From a virus, in IMG/VR virus record IMGVR_UViG_3300020377_000001, positions 11,142 to 75,141 of that record: a stretch of DNA of 64,000 nt; one strand, written 5' to 3'. Both the position numbers and the translations under genes were made by a program. Below, in pieces: positions 17,602-27,393 of the stretch (position 1 is its first letter; each line of letters begins with the position of its first letter). The notes under the pieces are model-generated. The model was given only the letters and a program-made list of their open reading frames with translations. It had not been told where the DNA came from and made no database searches.

Positions 17602-18423
17602 ATGAAATACACAGGCAAAAGCGTTCTGCGATACCCGGGTGGCAAGACAAGGGCAGTCTCTCTGATTATGCCATTTCTTACTCGATTCGAGGCAAAGGTG
17701 CTGGTGTCCCCGTTTTTTGGTGGTGGGTCGATAGAGTTTGCTTGGGCTCAGCAAAAGCCGAGTTGTCGTGTTGAGGGGTATGATATCTATCCACCGCTTG
17801 TGGCGTTTTGGAGGGAGGCTCTGTCAAACCCAGGACCTCTAAGCAACAAGGTTGACGCCTATCGACCAATGGACAAGGATTTGTTCTTATCACTACAGAA
17901 GAAGCTCCCAAGCCTTTCTGGGCGGGATGCTGCTGCAGCGTTCTATGCCCTTAACAGGTCTAGCTTTTCGGGCGCCACAATGAGTGGAGGGATGTCTCCA
18001 GGCGTAAAGAGGTTTACAGAGAGCTCAATACAAAGACTTGCCGATTTCCATGCGCCGAATGTGAAGGTTCGACTAGGCGACGTGTTTGACGTTGTCGAAG
18101 ACCTCATTGACTCAGACCCTGAAGACTCGGTGATATATCTGGACCCCCCATACAAGATTGATGACTCGGCTTTATATGGACACAAAGGAAACGCACACCG
18201 AGGATTCGAGCACGAAAGGCTGGCCGAGCTAGTGCATAGACTGAACGGTAAAGGATTTCGTCTGGTTTTAAGTTACAATGACAGTGATTCAATACGAGCG
18301 CTGTATAGCCGCTATTTGATCACTCCGTTGTCTTGGTCATACGGGATGAAGAATGTGGCAGGAGGCTCGATGGGCTCATCTTCTGAGCTTTTAATTTTGT
18401 CGGAACCCTTCAGTACCCAATAA
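17602..18423 (+). CDS. dam: DNA adenine methyltransferase (D12/Dam class)
   Basis: RYPGGK, PFFGGGS, YLDPPY, SYND; start at MKYTG after GAAAGGACC. Confidence 0.9.
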   Translation: MKYTGKSVLRYPGGKTRAVSLIMPFLTRFEAKVLVSPFFGGGSIEFAWAQQKPSCRVEGYDIYPPLVAFWREALSNPGPLSNKVDAYRPMDKDLFLSLQKKLPSLSGRDAAAAFYALNRSSFSGATMSGGMSPGVKRFTESSIQRLADFHAPNVKVRLGDVFDVVEDLIDSDPEDSVIYLDPPYKIDDSALYGHKGNAHRGFEHERLAELVHRLNGKGFRLVLSYNDSDSIRALYSRYLITPLSWSYGMKNVAGGSMGSSSELLILSEPFSTQ

Positions 18424-18511
18424 AATGTAAAGTGAGCACTAAATAGTAGTCGTTATGACTATTATATTTTTCGGTTTGCTCGTTTATGTTATCAAGCGTT
18501 CAGGGGGAGTG

Positions 18512-18619
18512 ATGTATAAAGAAATATTCAAGGAGATATTTTTTGGGTGTGCTGTGTATATGTTTGGACTTGCGGTTACCGTAGGGACGATTGCATATGT
18601 TTTCTATGAGGGCCGGTAG
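18512..18619 (+). CDS. Small single-TM protein (35 aa, not in ORF track)
   Basis: MYKEIFKEIFFGCAVYMFGLAVTVGTIAYVFYEGR; RBS GGGGAG. Confidence 0.5.
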   Translation: MYKEIFKEIFFGCAVYMFGLAVTVGTIAYVFYEGR

Positions 18620-18624
18620 CAAAA

Positions 18625-18993
18625 GTGTCGTTTCCAATTTTTTTCGAAAATAGTCGCTTTGCGACTATCCTTTACAAGATTTCTCCTGGGGAGCTATATG
18701 CGTTCAGCTTTGGTCCCTGGGTCTGGTCTCGAGGGCCAATGTCAGATCGGCTGCGCCTCCATGAAACGATTCACTGGAAACAGCAACTCGAGCTCCTGTT
18801 TTTGGGTCAATGGGCATTAGTAATCTTGTTCTATATATTCAATATCGTCCGATACAGATCCGCGTTTCACGCATATAGGAATTCGCCATTCGAACGAGAG
18901 TCATATGATAATGACAGGAACGAAAATTACCTTTCTGAGAGAAGGAATTACGCATGGTTGAGATACCTTAAGAGGTCAACTCATGACTTCTAA
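18625..18993 (+). CDS. HExxH membrane-associated protein
   Basis: LHETIHWKQQLE, TM segment, AYRNSPFERE. Confidence 0.65.
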   Translation: MSFPIFFENSRFATILYKISPGELYAFSFGPWVWSRGPMSDRLRLHETIHWKQQLELLFLGQWALVILFYIFNIVRYRSAFHAYRNSPFERESYDNDRNENYLSERRNYAWLRYLKRSTHDF

Positions 18994-19186
18994 GGGGATC
19001 TCGGCGCCGCGATGGTTTGCCTTGCGGAGCAATGAAAAGAAAAAGGCTAACACCCAAAAAACAATGACGACGAATAGAAGGGTCGCTTTGAGGGAGGTGC
19101 CGATGTGCGCTGAATGTGGGGCTAGAATGTCTGCAACACCAGATGGGTTGGTATGCTATGAGTGTGGGTCTACCCATGTTTCATAG
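18983..19186 (+). CDS. Small Zn-ribbon protein
   Basis: CAECG...CYECG. Confidence 0.55.
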   Translation: MTSKGISAPRWFALRSNEKKKANTQKTMTTNRRVALREVPMCAECGARMSATPDGLVCYECGSTHVS

Positions 19187-19247
19187 ACTTCAAGGAATCT
19201 TATCTGTGGTTATTCAGGCGACAATATCTTGCATCGAGGGGTGGAAG

Positions 19248-19559
19248 ATGTCGGATGGCGGATTTATAGGCGGAGGTGTTTATGCCTTGCCTGAGTCTGC
19301 CTTTTCTGATTGCGATACGCAGATGATTGAATATCGGAACCTCATCGTTGAGTACATGAACAATACCGGTATCCAAACATCTCGTGGCGGTTGGCTGTGT
19401 TGTCAGGCAAACTTCCCTAGTAGAAAGAGCGGATTTAGCCCTGAGCTCATATGGTTTGCTCGATGGTTGCCGATAAATGATGGGGGTGGGCTCATAGTCG
19501 TCACCCCAGGTAAGGACCGTGTCTATGAAAATGTTAAAGAAGCAGAAGTATATAAATAA
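19248..19559 (+). CDS. Hypothetical protein
   Basis: Start MSDGG after GAGGGG. Confidence 0.5.
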   Translation: MSDGGFIGGGVYALPESAFSDCDTQMIEYRNLIVEYMNNTGIQTSRGGWLCCQANFPSRKSGFSPELIWFARWLPINDGGGLIVVTPGKDRVYENVKEAEVYK

Positions 19560-19938
19560 ATGCCTGCACCTCGGGCAGAGCCTGTACGCCAAGTTGGTTA
19601 GAAGCGCCGACTATCATAGGCGCAGCATATCGCAGGAAGCGTGCTTCTTGATGGAGCTGGGCATGAGCGCCCCTCTTCCTCCCGACATGTCCGACACCCA
19701 GATAGATGATATTAACGGGCGGTTTCAGTGCTATTTAGACCCAGGTCTATGTAAGAGGCTTGAATCGCTCGCAGCAGGCATGCAGCCGCACCTGAAGAGA
19801 CCAAGAATAAGCCCAGTGGCTCGAGCGTACATACGTGTGGGTTTTGCAATGCAACACAAACTGTTTCACAGTTCAGACACTGGGCACCTGTGGCCAAACG
19901 ATAAATACAAGCGGGAAATAGTTGGACCGCAAAGATGA
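19519..19938 (+). CDS. Arc/RHH-like regulator with tandem domains
   Basis: LHLGQSLYAKLVRSADYHRRSISQEA and CYLDPGLCKRLESLA. Confidence 0.55.
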   Translation: MSMKMLKKQKYINKCLHLGQSLYAKLVRSADYHRRSISQEACFLMELGMSAPLPPDMSDTQIDDINGRFQCYLDPGLCKRLESLAAGMQPHLKRPRISPVARAYIRVGFAMQHKLFHSSDTGHLWPNDKYKREIVGPQR

Positions 19939-20765
19939 AAGGATCAAAAATGGGTGAATTACAAATTAGGACATTCAGAGACCAGTCTACGGACAGGACC
20001 GAGGTTTACGAGCTTTGCGCTAGGTTTGCGTGTGACGTCCTAAGCATGATTGATGATGCAACTGGGACAGATCCAGAGAATGGATCGCCAGAGGTGGCCG
20101 AAGAATATCTTCGATTTAGAAATTGGTTAGGTCCCAACATTGTTCAAATGACGCAATCTTCTGTAGTCGGACCCCTTTTGAGCGGGTTGACTGTTTTTGA
20201 TGATGGGAGCGCTTCGTTTGTGGGCGGCAATTTTACATCCAGAAAGCATAAAGATGTAGCCATGGGCACGGAAGGAAGGATTCGGTGGATCTGTTCAGAG
20301 GTGCCTTCGTTAATAGATGCTTACGGTGAGCTTTATGAAGAAGAGGTAGAGCCAGCAATCAAGCTTGTTGAGCGTGCATCTTTTATGGTTGAGAATGGCG
20401 CAAACCCAGAGGACCTGTATGAGATTGTGGAAGAGCTTGAGACACTGTACCTGCACTGCTCCCCTGGTGCTAGGTTGGTGAGAGGTGATGAGAAGGCTAT
20501 TGCGTCTGCAAGGGACACTTGTATTGAAGCGGTTGCATTTATCAACAAGGAGTATGAGAGAAGGTCCAAAATTCAGTGTCAAATTGACGCTGGCGAGGTG
20601 GAAGGCGAGACCTCTGAGGAGAAGATATCAAACGCAAAGCGTATGCTCGAGTTCACCGAGGACCATATCGAAGAGACTTCTCGTCGCCTAGAAGCGCTCA
20701 ACTCAAACCGCAAAGCAATCCTTGCGGAAATCAAGGAGTACGAGAGGATCAGGGATGGCAGCTAG
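19935..20765 (+). CDS. Hypothetical protein with C-terminal coiled coil
   Basis: 276-aa ORF in operon. Confidence 0.65.
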   Translation: MKGSKMGELQIRTFRDQSTDRTEVYELCARFACDVLSMIDDATGTDPENGSPEVAEEYLRFRNWLGPNIVQMTQSSVVGPLLSGLTVFDDGSASFVGGNFTSRKHKDVAMGTEGRIRWICSEVPSLIDAYGELYEEEVEPAIKLVERASFMVENGANPEDLYEIVEELETLYLHCSPGARLVRGDEKAIASARDTCIEAVAFINKEYERRSKIQCQIDAGEVEGETSEEKISNAKRMLEFTEDHIEETSRRLEALNSNRKAILAEIKEYERIRDGS

Positions 20766-21315
20766 ACCGCTTGGGATATACTGTGCCGTGGAGCCTTTGG
20801 AGCAGGGTCAGGATTTAGTAAAGTCGGGCTCTATTTTTAAGCCTATAGGCTCTGCGTCTGTTGCGTTCGTGTATGGAAAAGTACTTGCATGTGGGCGAGA
20901 TGTAAGAGACATTCAGCCCGGAGACGTTGTTGTCTACGAGGTTGGCAGTGGTCATCCTGGGTTAAGCTGGGTTATGGACGCCGATACGTTCGGTGGTCAA
21001 GAGGGCAAGTACGCTACGCTCGTGCCCTGCTATCAGAGACCTTTGAGGGTGATGTCTGAGGATATGGAGGAACTCCAGAAGAGGGAGTCTCGAATCAAGG
21101 TTCTGCAGGAGCTCGATGAGAATTTTGGATTAAAGCCTGAGCATCAGGATGAGTTGATTAGACACAGTATTGCCGCCAACAGGATTATGAAAAGCCATGA
21201 ATCTTCTGCGACAAATCGTCAGTACTTTACCAAGAGATACAAGGATCCTGGCAAGGGACGGGGCATCATAGGGGTTGTGGAAGTTGCGGAGGAAGGTACC
21301 ATTCTGGATCAGTGA
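20755..21315 (+). CDS. GroES/Cpn10-like co-chaperonin with large insertion
   Basis: RPLGIYCAVEP...KSGSIFKP...GKVLACG...IQPGDVVVY and terminal IIGVVE. Confidence 0.7.
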   Translation: MAARPLGIYCAVEPLEQGQDLVKSGSIFKPIGSASVAFVYGKVLACGRDVRDIQPGDVVVYEVGSGHPGLSWVMDADTFGGQEGKYATLVPCYQRPLRVMSEDMEELQKRESRIKVLQELDENFGLKPEHQDELIRHSIAANRIMKSHESSATNRQYFTKRYKDPGKGRGIIGVVEVAEEGTILDQ

Positions 21316-21325
21316 GTCGGAGTGG

Positions 21326-21646
21326 ATGTGTCCTCGGCACATGAACGTCAAATTTCCATCTGTCGCCACCACATGTTATTTCAACGACTGTGAGAAGAGT
21401 TGCACTGGACGACCCTCTAAACTGTGTAAGGTGCCAGAGCGGGCCTTTCCATTTCAGCCGCCCCCACAGAAGGTTTACCTTAAAGTATCACCAAAGAAAA
21501 AGAGCCCCGTTAAGGTTTGTGCTTGGCACAGATGCAATGAGCTAGCGCTGCCGAAAAGAAAGTACTGCTCCAAGGCGTGCAGTAATAAGAATGCCCGAAA
21601 GGCGTATAGAGAGCGAAAGAAGCTAGAAAGAAAGGACGACCAATGA
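21326..21646 (+). CDS. Cys-rich protein with CGNR-like zinc finger
   Basis: CAWHRC...RKYCSKACSNKNARKAYRERKK; start uncertain. Confidence 0.55.
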   Translation: MCPRHMNVKFPSVATTCYFNDCEKSCTGRPSKLCKVPERAFPFQPPPQKVYLKVSPKKKSPVKVCAWHRCNELALPKRKYCSKACSNKNARKAYRERKKLERKDDQ

Positions 21647-22311
21647 GAAGAGAAGAATACTTTTTGGACAAGCTTGATGATGGTCTAATTCACCCGTCAA
21701 TGCTGGTGAAGATGACGGAGCTTTGGCAAGAGACCCACGGCCTAGAGGCTGATGGGTATTTTGGTCCGTTGACGGCAGAATCTTTTGCAGTGTCAGAGCC
21801 TACGACGATGCACCCTTTCGGGCTGTCTGTTCTTATGGCTGCGATTGCAGATCTAGGCAGGGGTGAAGAGGGTGGAAACAATAGTGGGGAGTACGTTGAG
21901 ATGCTCCTCGGCAAGGAGTTTGACGGTGACGATGACAATGATGGGGCTTGGTGCGCCGCAGCGGTAACGCATTGGCTTTCAGTTGCTGCAGAGTCAGACA
22001 ACGTCAGCTTGCAATTCAATACCAGCTTTGGCGCCAAGGCCCTGTATGGAAACATTTTGCGATCTGGGGTTGAGGCGTCTGAGCCCTGTGCAGGCGACAT
22101 CGTTTGCTGGGACAGAGGCACCCCAGGCTCTTGGCAAGGGCACATTGGTGTAGTTGAAAGATTTGAGGGCGGCATCCTGCACACCATCGAGGGCAACAAG
22201 GGCGGGTTTCCAAGCAAGGTAAGAAGGTTTCGATATGATCTGTCAAAAGAATCCAGACTGGAAGGGTTCGCAAGGTTTACAGATGCAAGCGTGAGATCCA
22301 ACGATGCCTAA
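21643..22311 (+). CDS. Endolysin: peptidoglycan-binding motif plus CHAP domain
   Basis: WQETHGLEADGYFGPLT; AWCAAAV; GHIGVV; TIEGN. Confidence 0.9.
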   Translation: MRREEYFLDKLDDGLIHPSMLVKMTELWQETHGLEADGYFGPLTAESFAVSEPTTMHPFGLSVLMAAIADLGRGEEGGNNSGEYVEMLLGKEFDGDDDNDGAWCAAAVTHWLSVAAESDNVSLQFNTSFGAKALYGNILRSGVEASEPCAGDIVCWDRGTPGSWQGHIGVVERFEGGILHTIEGNKGGFPSKVRRFRYDLSKESRLEGFARFTDASVRSNDA

Positions 22312-22510
22312 ATACAAGTATACATGCAGCGAATGCGGTAATAGCTTTCTTGTTGTTCAAGGTATCAATGATGAACCCGTATCTACTTGTTACTTGCGAG
22401 TAGATGAGTCCTCCGATAGCGACGAAAGATGTACGGGGTCTGTCCGCAGAGTCCCCGCGTCTGTGGGTTTCACGTTAAAAGGGAACGGGTGGTTTAAAGA
22501 TGGCTACTAA
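22304..22510 (+). CDS. FmdB-family zinc ribbon protein
   Basis: MPKYKYTCSECG...FTLKGNGWFKDGY. Confidence 0.85.
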   Translation: MPKYKYTCSECGNSFLVVQGINDEPVSTCYLRVDESSDSDERCTGSVRRVPASVGFTLKGNGWFKDGY

Positions 22511-23117
22511 GGGTAAGGTTATTTGGAGCGGAACCAGGGAGCTCGAGACGTCATTGGTAAAGATCTCAGACCTAAACCCAGATCCCGACAATCTCAACTT
22601 CCACCCAGAAGTAAGTTACGAGGTTCTCTCTCAAGTCATCTCTCGGTTTGGGCAACATAAGCCAATTACAGTACACAATGGGACGGTGATTTGCGGAAAT
22701 GGCGTGTTTGAGGCTTGTAAGCGACTGAAGTTTACCCATGTGGCAATCAGCACCTTTGAGGGGACCGATGACGAAGCAAAGGCCCTGGCGATTGCAGACA
22801 ACAAGACAAAGTCCTTGAGCTACTTCAATTCCGACGTGGGAAGCATTGTTCAAGATTTGATGCCCACATTTAGCCCAGAGGAGCTCGGAGGCTGGGGTAG
22901 CCTCGACATCGACATACCTGACATAGATCTTGATGAGGACGATGAGTTGGACGAGCTCATGGAGTCTCCACCAGAGCAAAAGACTGTGAGGTTGACGTCT
23001 GAGCAGTGGGAGGTGGTAGGGTCTGCGATTCAAAAGCTTAGGGAGATCAACGGTCAGGCGATCTCCGAGGGGAGATGTATCGAATTGATATCAGCGGACT
23101 ATCTATCAGGTTCTTGA
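22500..23117 (+). CDS. ParB/Srx N-terminal domain protein
   Basis: LNPDPDN, ISRFGQHKPI, ICGNG, LAIADNK. Confidence 0.8.
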   Translation: MATKGKVIWSGTRELETSLVKISDLNPDPDNLNFHPEVSYEVLSQVISRFGQHKPITVHNGTVICGNGVFEACKRLKFTHVAISTFEGTDDEAKALAIADNKTKSLSYFNSDVGSIVQDLMPTFSPEELGGWGSLDIDIPDIDLDEDDELDELMESPPEQKTVRLTSEQWEVVGSAIQKLREINGQAISEGRCIELISADYLSGS

Positions 23118-23224
23118 TTTGTGTCGATTCGATTGTAAGAATACTTTGCCGATAGTGTCGTTTTTCGCCAATATATAGGTACATCCAACGATAGAATCGG
23201 TGGTGAGAGTCTTAAGGTGTCATT

Positions 23225-23488
23225 TTGAGTTTCGAGCATATCAATTCTGGTTTAGCTATTCTTGTCGCCGTCTGTGGCGCTGTTTGGTCAATTGGAAGCG
23301 TCTCATCGAAAGCGGACGTTGCGCTAGAGAAGGCTGCATCGTCTGAAGAGAGTATGGTTCGTCTCGATGACAAGCTAGATCGACTGATTGAAGAGGTTGG
23401 AAAGATTAAGACCAATGTCGCGGTCGTCAGAGCAAAGGTCGAATCCATCGATTCTGTCGTTACCCCTATTAAGAACTCAGAAGACTAG
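23225..23488 (+). CDS. Single-TM coiled-coil protein (possible lysis accessory)
   Basis: N-terminal TM followed by heptads. Confidence 0.5.
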   Translation: MSFEHINSGLAILVAVCGAVWSIGSVSSKADVALEKAASSEESMVRLDDKLDRLIEEVGKIKTNVAVVRAKVESIDSVVTPIKNSED

Positions 23489-24522
23489 AGTTCTTGTATT
23501 ACCTTTTTCTCTGGCCCCTTTATTCCCCGTGATATGCAATAGATAACAGGCTCAGATATGGTTGGGTCTTCGTAGATGCCTTTATGAAGATAGCCTCCTC
23601 GAAGTTGCGTGAGAACCATCTGCAGGCCGGATTCAAGGTTTTCAAAGAACATCTCGTTGGTCTCAAAGACCTCTGTGGGAACCTTAATGATTATGCCAAA
23701 ACTCTGTTGTGACACGTCCGATTCGGAGTGTGAAAACAGGGTGCTCGAAAACAACTGAAAAACACAGTTCTTGATGGACTGCGCTGAGCAGTCTGCATTG
23801 ATTGATACTTTCCCAAACGAAACGCAGCCGGGCTTGAGCATAATTGTCTCGAGGTCAGACTTGTCCATACACTCGAAGTCGCTGGGTGTTTGGGTTATGG
23901 TATTAAACTCCTCAAACAGTCCCGCTACGTGCTCGTTGGCGAGACTCCACATGTTCTTCATTGTCGCTTTTGGTATGACATTCTTGATTCTGCGATTGTT
24001 TAGAATCATCAAAGGTGAGATTTGTCCATCGCCGCACATTTTGCAAACAGCCTGCAGGAGGTCTTTGGCGTTCTTTTTAACAATCGTACTAGAGCACTCA
24101 AGCTTTCTGGGGCTCGTAATAATCAAGCCCACAGAGTCCGGCTTTTTTCTTCCCTCAGACATGAACTTCTTGGACAGTTCAATTAAGGGTATTGCGCCAC
24201 CCGTGCCAGTGCCACCACCGGCTCCAGCGCAAACGATGATTCTGTCAACGTCCCCAAAGAACTCCTCCATCATCAACTCAATCATGTCTTCGGAGTCGTT
24301 GACGGCCTGCTCTGCAATCTTAGGCTGTTTGCCAGCACCGTCTTCAGACTTCCCAACTATAAGCCTTCTTTCGATGCCTACATTTAATGCTTCCAGATCG
24401 ATTCTGGCAGTATTCAGGTAAATGCTCTCGTAGCCCAGGTCTGCAAAGGATTTTGCTATCTTGCATCCCCCTTGACCAATGCCAACAAACCCAACATTGA
24501 ATGATCTTTTTGGCGTACCCAT
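23485..24522 (-). CDS. Tubulin/FtsZ-family GTPase
   Basis: VGIGQGGCKI, GAGK, GAGGGTGTG tubulin signature, MDKSD T7-like loop; start MGTPK after GAAGGAG. Confidence 0.9.
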   Translation of the reverse strand: MGTPKRSFNVGFVGIGQGGCKIAKSFADLGYESIYLNTARIDLEALNVGIERRLIVGKSEDGAGKQPKIAEQAVNDSEDMIELMMEEFFGDVDRIIVCAGAGGGTGTGGAIPLIELSKKFMSEGRKKPDSVGLIITSPRKLECSSTIVKKNAKDLLQAVCKMCGDGQISPLMILNNRRIKNVIPKATMKNMWSLANEHVAGLFEEFNTITQTPSDFECMDKSDLETIMLKPGCVSFGKVSINADCSAQSIKNCVFQLFSSTLFSHSESDVSQQSFGIIIKVPTEVFETNEMFFENLESGLQMVLTQLRGGYLHKGIYEDPTISEPVIYCISRGIKGPEKKVIQEL

Positions 24523-24524
24523 GA

Positions 24525-25856
24525 CTACTCCTTCGAACTTGGCTCTATATCTCTTCCCACATAAACTTTCCCGTTGTAAACACATTTACCGTCGTTGATG
24601 TGCAGCAACTGCATATGGTTTACGCCATCAGAGTCTCGAATCACTAAGCCGATCCCGTGTTGCCAATCTTGGTCTGGTCTACCCTTCCCAGTTGGAACAA
24701 GTCTCGGTTTGACAGAGCACAGGGTGCCAGGACTCATGGCTGAAATTGTGACATGCTCATCCTGCCCATTCTTTCCTGGGACAGTTCTTGTCGAGCAGGC
24801 GATCTCTCTTCGGTGTATGTGTCCAACAATTTGACTGTGTCTTGCTCCAGACAAAATTGAGCTGACCGTCTGCCCCCCTTTGGGTCTAACGATGTGTCCG
24901 TGATGAACTTTAATATCGTTAAATAGCCAGTAGACCTTCCCGTATGGCTTAATGTAAGAAATGCCCAGCTTGTCGAGGCAAAGCAATCTTTCCACCGATA
25001 GCATTGGTGGACCCAGAATGTCATCGATTGGACGAAGTACTGCAGCCTCTTGAACATTCTGCAGTTGCTTCGACAGCCTAAGCTCGTGATTGCCTTCGCA
25101 GAGAGTGACCTTGCCGTTGGTTGTACCTACTAAAACCCTTAGCCATTCACCGAGTTCTTGTAGCGCTGGCTGGATCAGGTACTTTGCGTCCGGTTCAAGA
25201 GGAAAGGTGGATAACCCTCCAAAGTCGATCATGTCACCAAGTAACACGATTTCGTCAGGCTGAATGTCCGCGCTGATTTGCGTTACGACATCACATGCTC
25301 GCCGATCGTGCATTGGTATTAGCTCTTGAATCACTTTACCTGTTTTCTCGCAGGTTCTCTTGACTGACCTAAAACCATGCTGGCTGTCGGGCACAATCAA
25401 GGCAATTTTTTTAGCATTCTTTACATGCTTTTTACCTTTTGGCTTTTTTAGGTTTCTACCGAGCGTTATGGGCTTGATCCAGTAGTCTGGTTTGCGCTCT
25501 AGCCAAGCCTTGACCTGCCACATTTCTGTTGGACCTTCTTTGCCCATCTGGTCCCATTTGTTGACCACCTTTTTTACAACAACCCACTCGTCGAGGTCCA
25601 CATTCGCCTCGATCATGAGTTGCTCTACGCTTCTAACACCCTTTCCAGTCAGAACTCGACGTCCCGATTCTGAGGTTTCTTGAATCTTGTTGTTTTCAGA
25701 AAAAAGTAGTCCGTTCTGTTTTGCCCACTTTAAAATCCGATGAAGCCTGCTTCTGCTAATGCCTAAGGATTCAGCAGCAGCGGTCTTGCTGCCGTGCTCC
25801 TCAACCGCTTTTTTTATTTGCTTGAGCTCATCGGGAGAGTTTGTTGGTTTTCGCAT
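24525..25856 (-). CDS. Calcineurin-like metallophosphoesterase with N-terminal HTH
   Basis: GSKTAAAESLGISRSRLHR; DSQH, GDMID, GNHE, HGH, GHIHR. Confidence 0.85.
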   Translation of the reverse strand: MRKPTNSPDELKQIKKAVEEHGSKTAAAESLGISRSRLHRILKWAKQNGLLFSENNKIQETSESGRRVLTGKGVRSVEQLMIEANVDLDEWVVVKKVVNKWDQMGKEGPTEMWQVKAWLERKPDYWIKPITLGRNLKKPKGKKHVKNAKKIALIVPDSQHGFRSVKRTCEKTGKVIQELIPMHDRRACDVVTQISADIQPDEIVLLGDMIDFGGLSTFPLEPDAKYLIQPALQELGEWLRVLVGTTNGKVTLCEGNHELRLSKQLQNVQEAAVLRPIDDILGPPMLSVERLLCLDKLGISYIKPYGKVYWLFNDIKVHHGHIVRPKGGQTVSSILSGARHSQIVGHIHRREIACSTRTVPGKNGQDEHVTISAMSPGTLCSVKPRLVPTGKGRPDQDWQHGIGLVIRDSDGVNHMQLLHINDGKCVYNGKVYVGRDIEPSSKE

Positions 25857-25990
25857 ACACCCTCCGCGTATCTGTATGTAAATGTAGGTGATCGAACCAA
25901 TGCTTTGCAAAGTGTTCTCTATGAATTAGTTGAAACATCGTGTAAAAGTGGTCTTAATCTTGGTAGACGCCACATATAAAGGAGCTTAAG

Positions 25991-26656
25991 ATGGCAAAAA
26001 AAGATCGACACGTAGTGCCAGAAACCCTCGGTTCATTCAATTTGGCGCCGCCAACAATACCCAACATGACGGCGGAAGAGCGTAAGGCGTTTATGGGCGG
26101 CGAAGGCAAGTCTGATGACAATGAGCTTGCACAGGTTATAAACGTGACAATGACTACTAATCAGGTTGATATCCCGCAAGGCATGGGGATTAGTCCATAT
26201 AAGATTGGGCCGTTCGATATTAGCCCACCTGTTGCCATAGAGTGGGCGGAGAGCATTCTTCGACACAGCACAAACAGGGTGACGGCACGAGGGCCGGATC
26301 GAAGGTTGGGTGAAACAGGTAAGCCAACACTGATGATCGTTCAGCCGGCGCAGCCAACAAACTTCAAAATGAAGGAGTGGAAAGATCCCAACACAAATCG
26401 GATCTACACCATTAACACATATAGACCAAAGTTTGGGACTCTTAGACCAGATGGCCGACCAATGTACCATAGCGAGGAACAAGCGTTTTTCGTTATCAGC
26501 AAGATGCTAACCGTCGAGGCGATTCAGAGATATGTTCAGGACTTTGACAATCGTCCGAATGTTGTAAATTTCGCTCACACGGTGATAAACTATCGACAGG
26601 AGCAACAACTTGCTAGAGTTGGTGTAACTTCAAGAGTAAGCAGGGCGGTGAACTAA
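25991..26656 (+). CDS. Hypothetical protein, first gene of the structural operon
   Basis: RBS AAAGGAG; coupled to next gene. Confidence 0.65.
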   Translation: MAKKDRHVVPETLGSFNLAPPTIPNMTAEERKAFMGGEGKSDDNELAQVINVTMTTNQVDIPQGMGISPYKIGPFDISPPVAIEWAESILRHSTNRVTARGPDRRLGETGKPTLMIVQPAQPTNFKMKEWKDPNTNRIYTINTYRPKFGTLRPDGRPMYHSEEQAFFVISKMLTVEAIQRYVQDFDNRPNVVNFAHTVINYRQEQQLARVGVTSRVSRAVN

Positions 26657-27387
26657 TGCCTTTGATTGGTACCCAGGCAGAGCAGAGAGCGTTTTTACGT
26701 CGTTCGGTTGGGCACCAGCAGGACACCGCTTTGGTTACAGACGATCTTCTCGATGATTGCCTTAAAGATTCGTTGCGTGAGGTTAACCTGACATTCCCGC
26801 TTGTCGGTGTTGGCTTTTTTGAAACTGTGGCAGACCAGCAGAAGTATGACAATGTGCTCCCAGCAGGCTCATACAGGCTACGGAGGGCATTTTGGCCTAA
26901 CGAAAGCACCCAGAGGCTGCCTGACAGCTTTCCTGTGCATCTGGACCCCATTGTGGAGTCGGGGACGCAGTACTACAGCAGCAAGTACACCTTCAGCCCC
27001 GCGGCCACGCTTGCAATGGAGCGTCACTCGGAATACCTCAAGAGATGGTTTGAGGGAGGGGCAAAGATCTTTCTGCCTGGGACCGTATACCTGATGCCAG
27101 TCCCATCGGAGGCAGGCAAGAAGGTTTACTTTACTTTTTCATCTCCCCGCTTCGCAGGACCAGCGGACGTTTTGGATCAATACGGTCCAGCGTACTTCGC
27201 TTGGGCAAAGAAGTGTCTTCATGAAGCCCTCGCCGCTGGCCGTGGCGCTGTTGAGAGCATTACCTCTCCAGCAGGAGTGACGATGCGGACTGGAGCCCGG
27301 AGCAGCCACCTCGAGCTCGCAAATCGGGAGCACAAAAGGTGGCTTGACCTTATACCACCAATCGCGACCGCCAGAAGCTGGCCTTAG
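26656..27387 (+). CDS. Putative head-tail adaptor
   Basis: Helical N-terminus, beta insert (TVADQQKY; VYLMPVPS), position in operon. Confidence 0.55.
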   Translation: MPLIGTQAEQRAFLRRSVGHQQDTALVTDDLLDDCLKDSLREVNLTFPLVGVGFFETVADQQKYDNVLPAGSYRLRRAFWPNESTQRLPDSFPVHLDPIVESGTQYYSSKYTFSPAATLAMERHSEYLKRWFEGGAKIFLPGTVYLMPVPSEAGKKVYFTFSSPRFAGPADVLDQYGPAYFAWAKKCLHEALAAGRGAVESITSPAGVTMRTGARSSHLELANREHKRWLDLIPPIATARSWP

Positions 27388-27393
27388 TCCAAA

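Noticed and set aside
18946-18975. Plus-strand copy of the 31-bp motif (AATTACG...ACCTT)
   Set aside because: Spacer is one base short and the A-tract is missing
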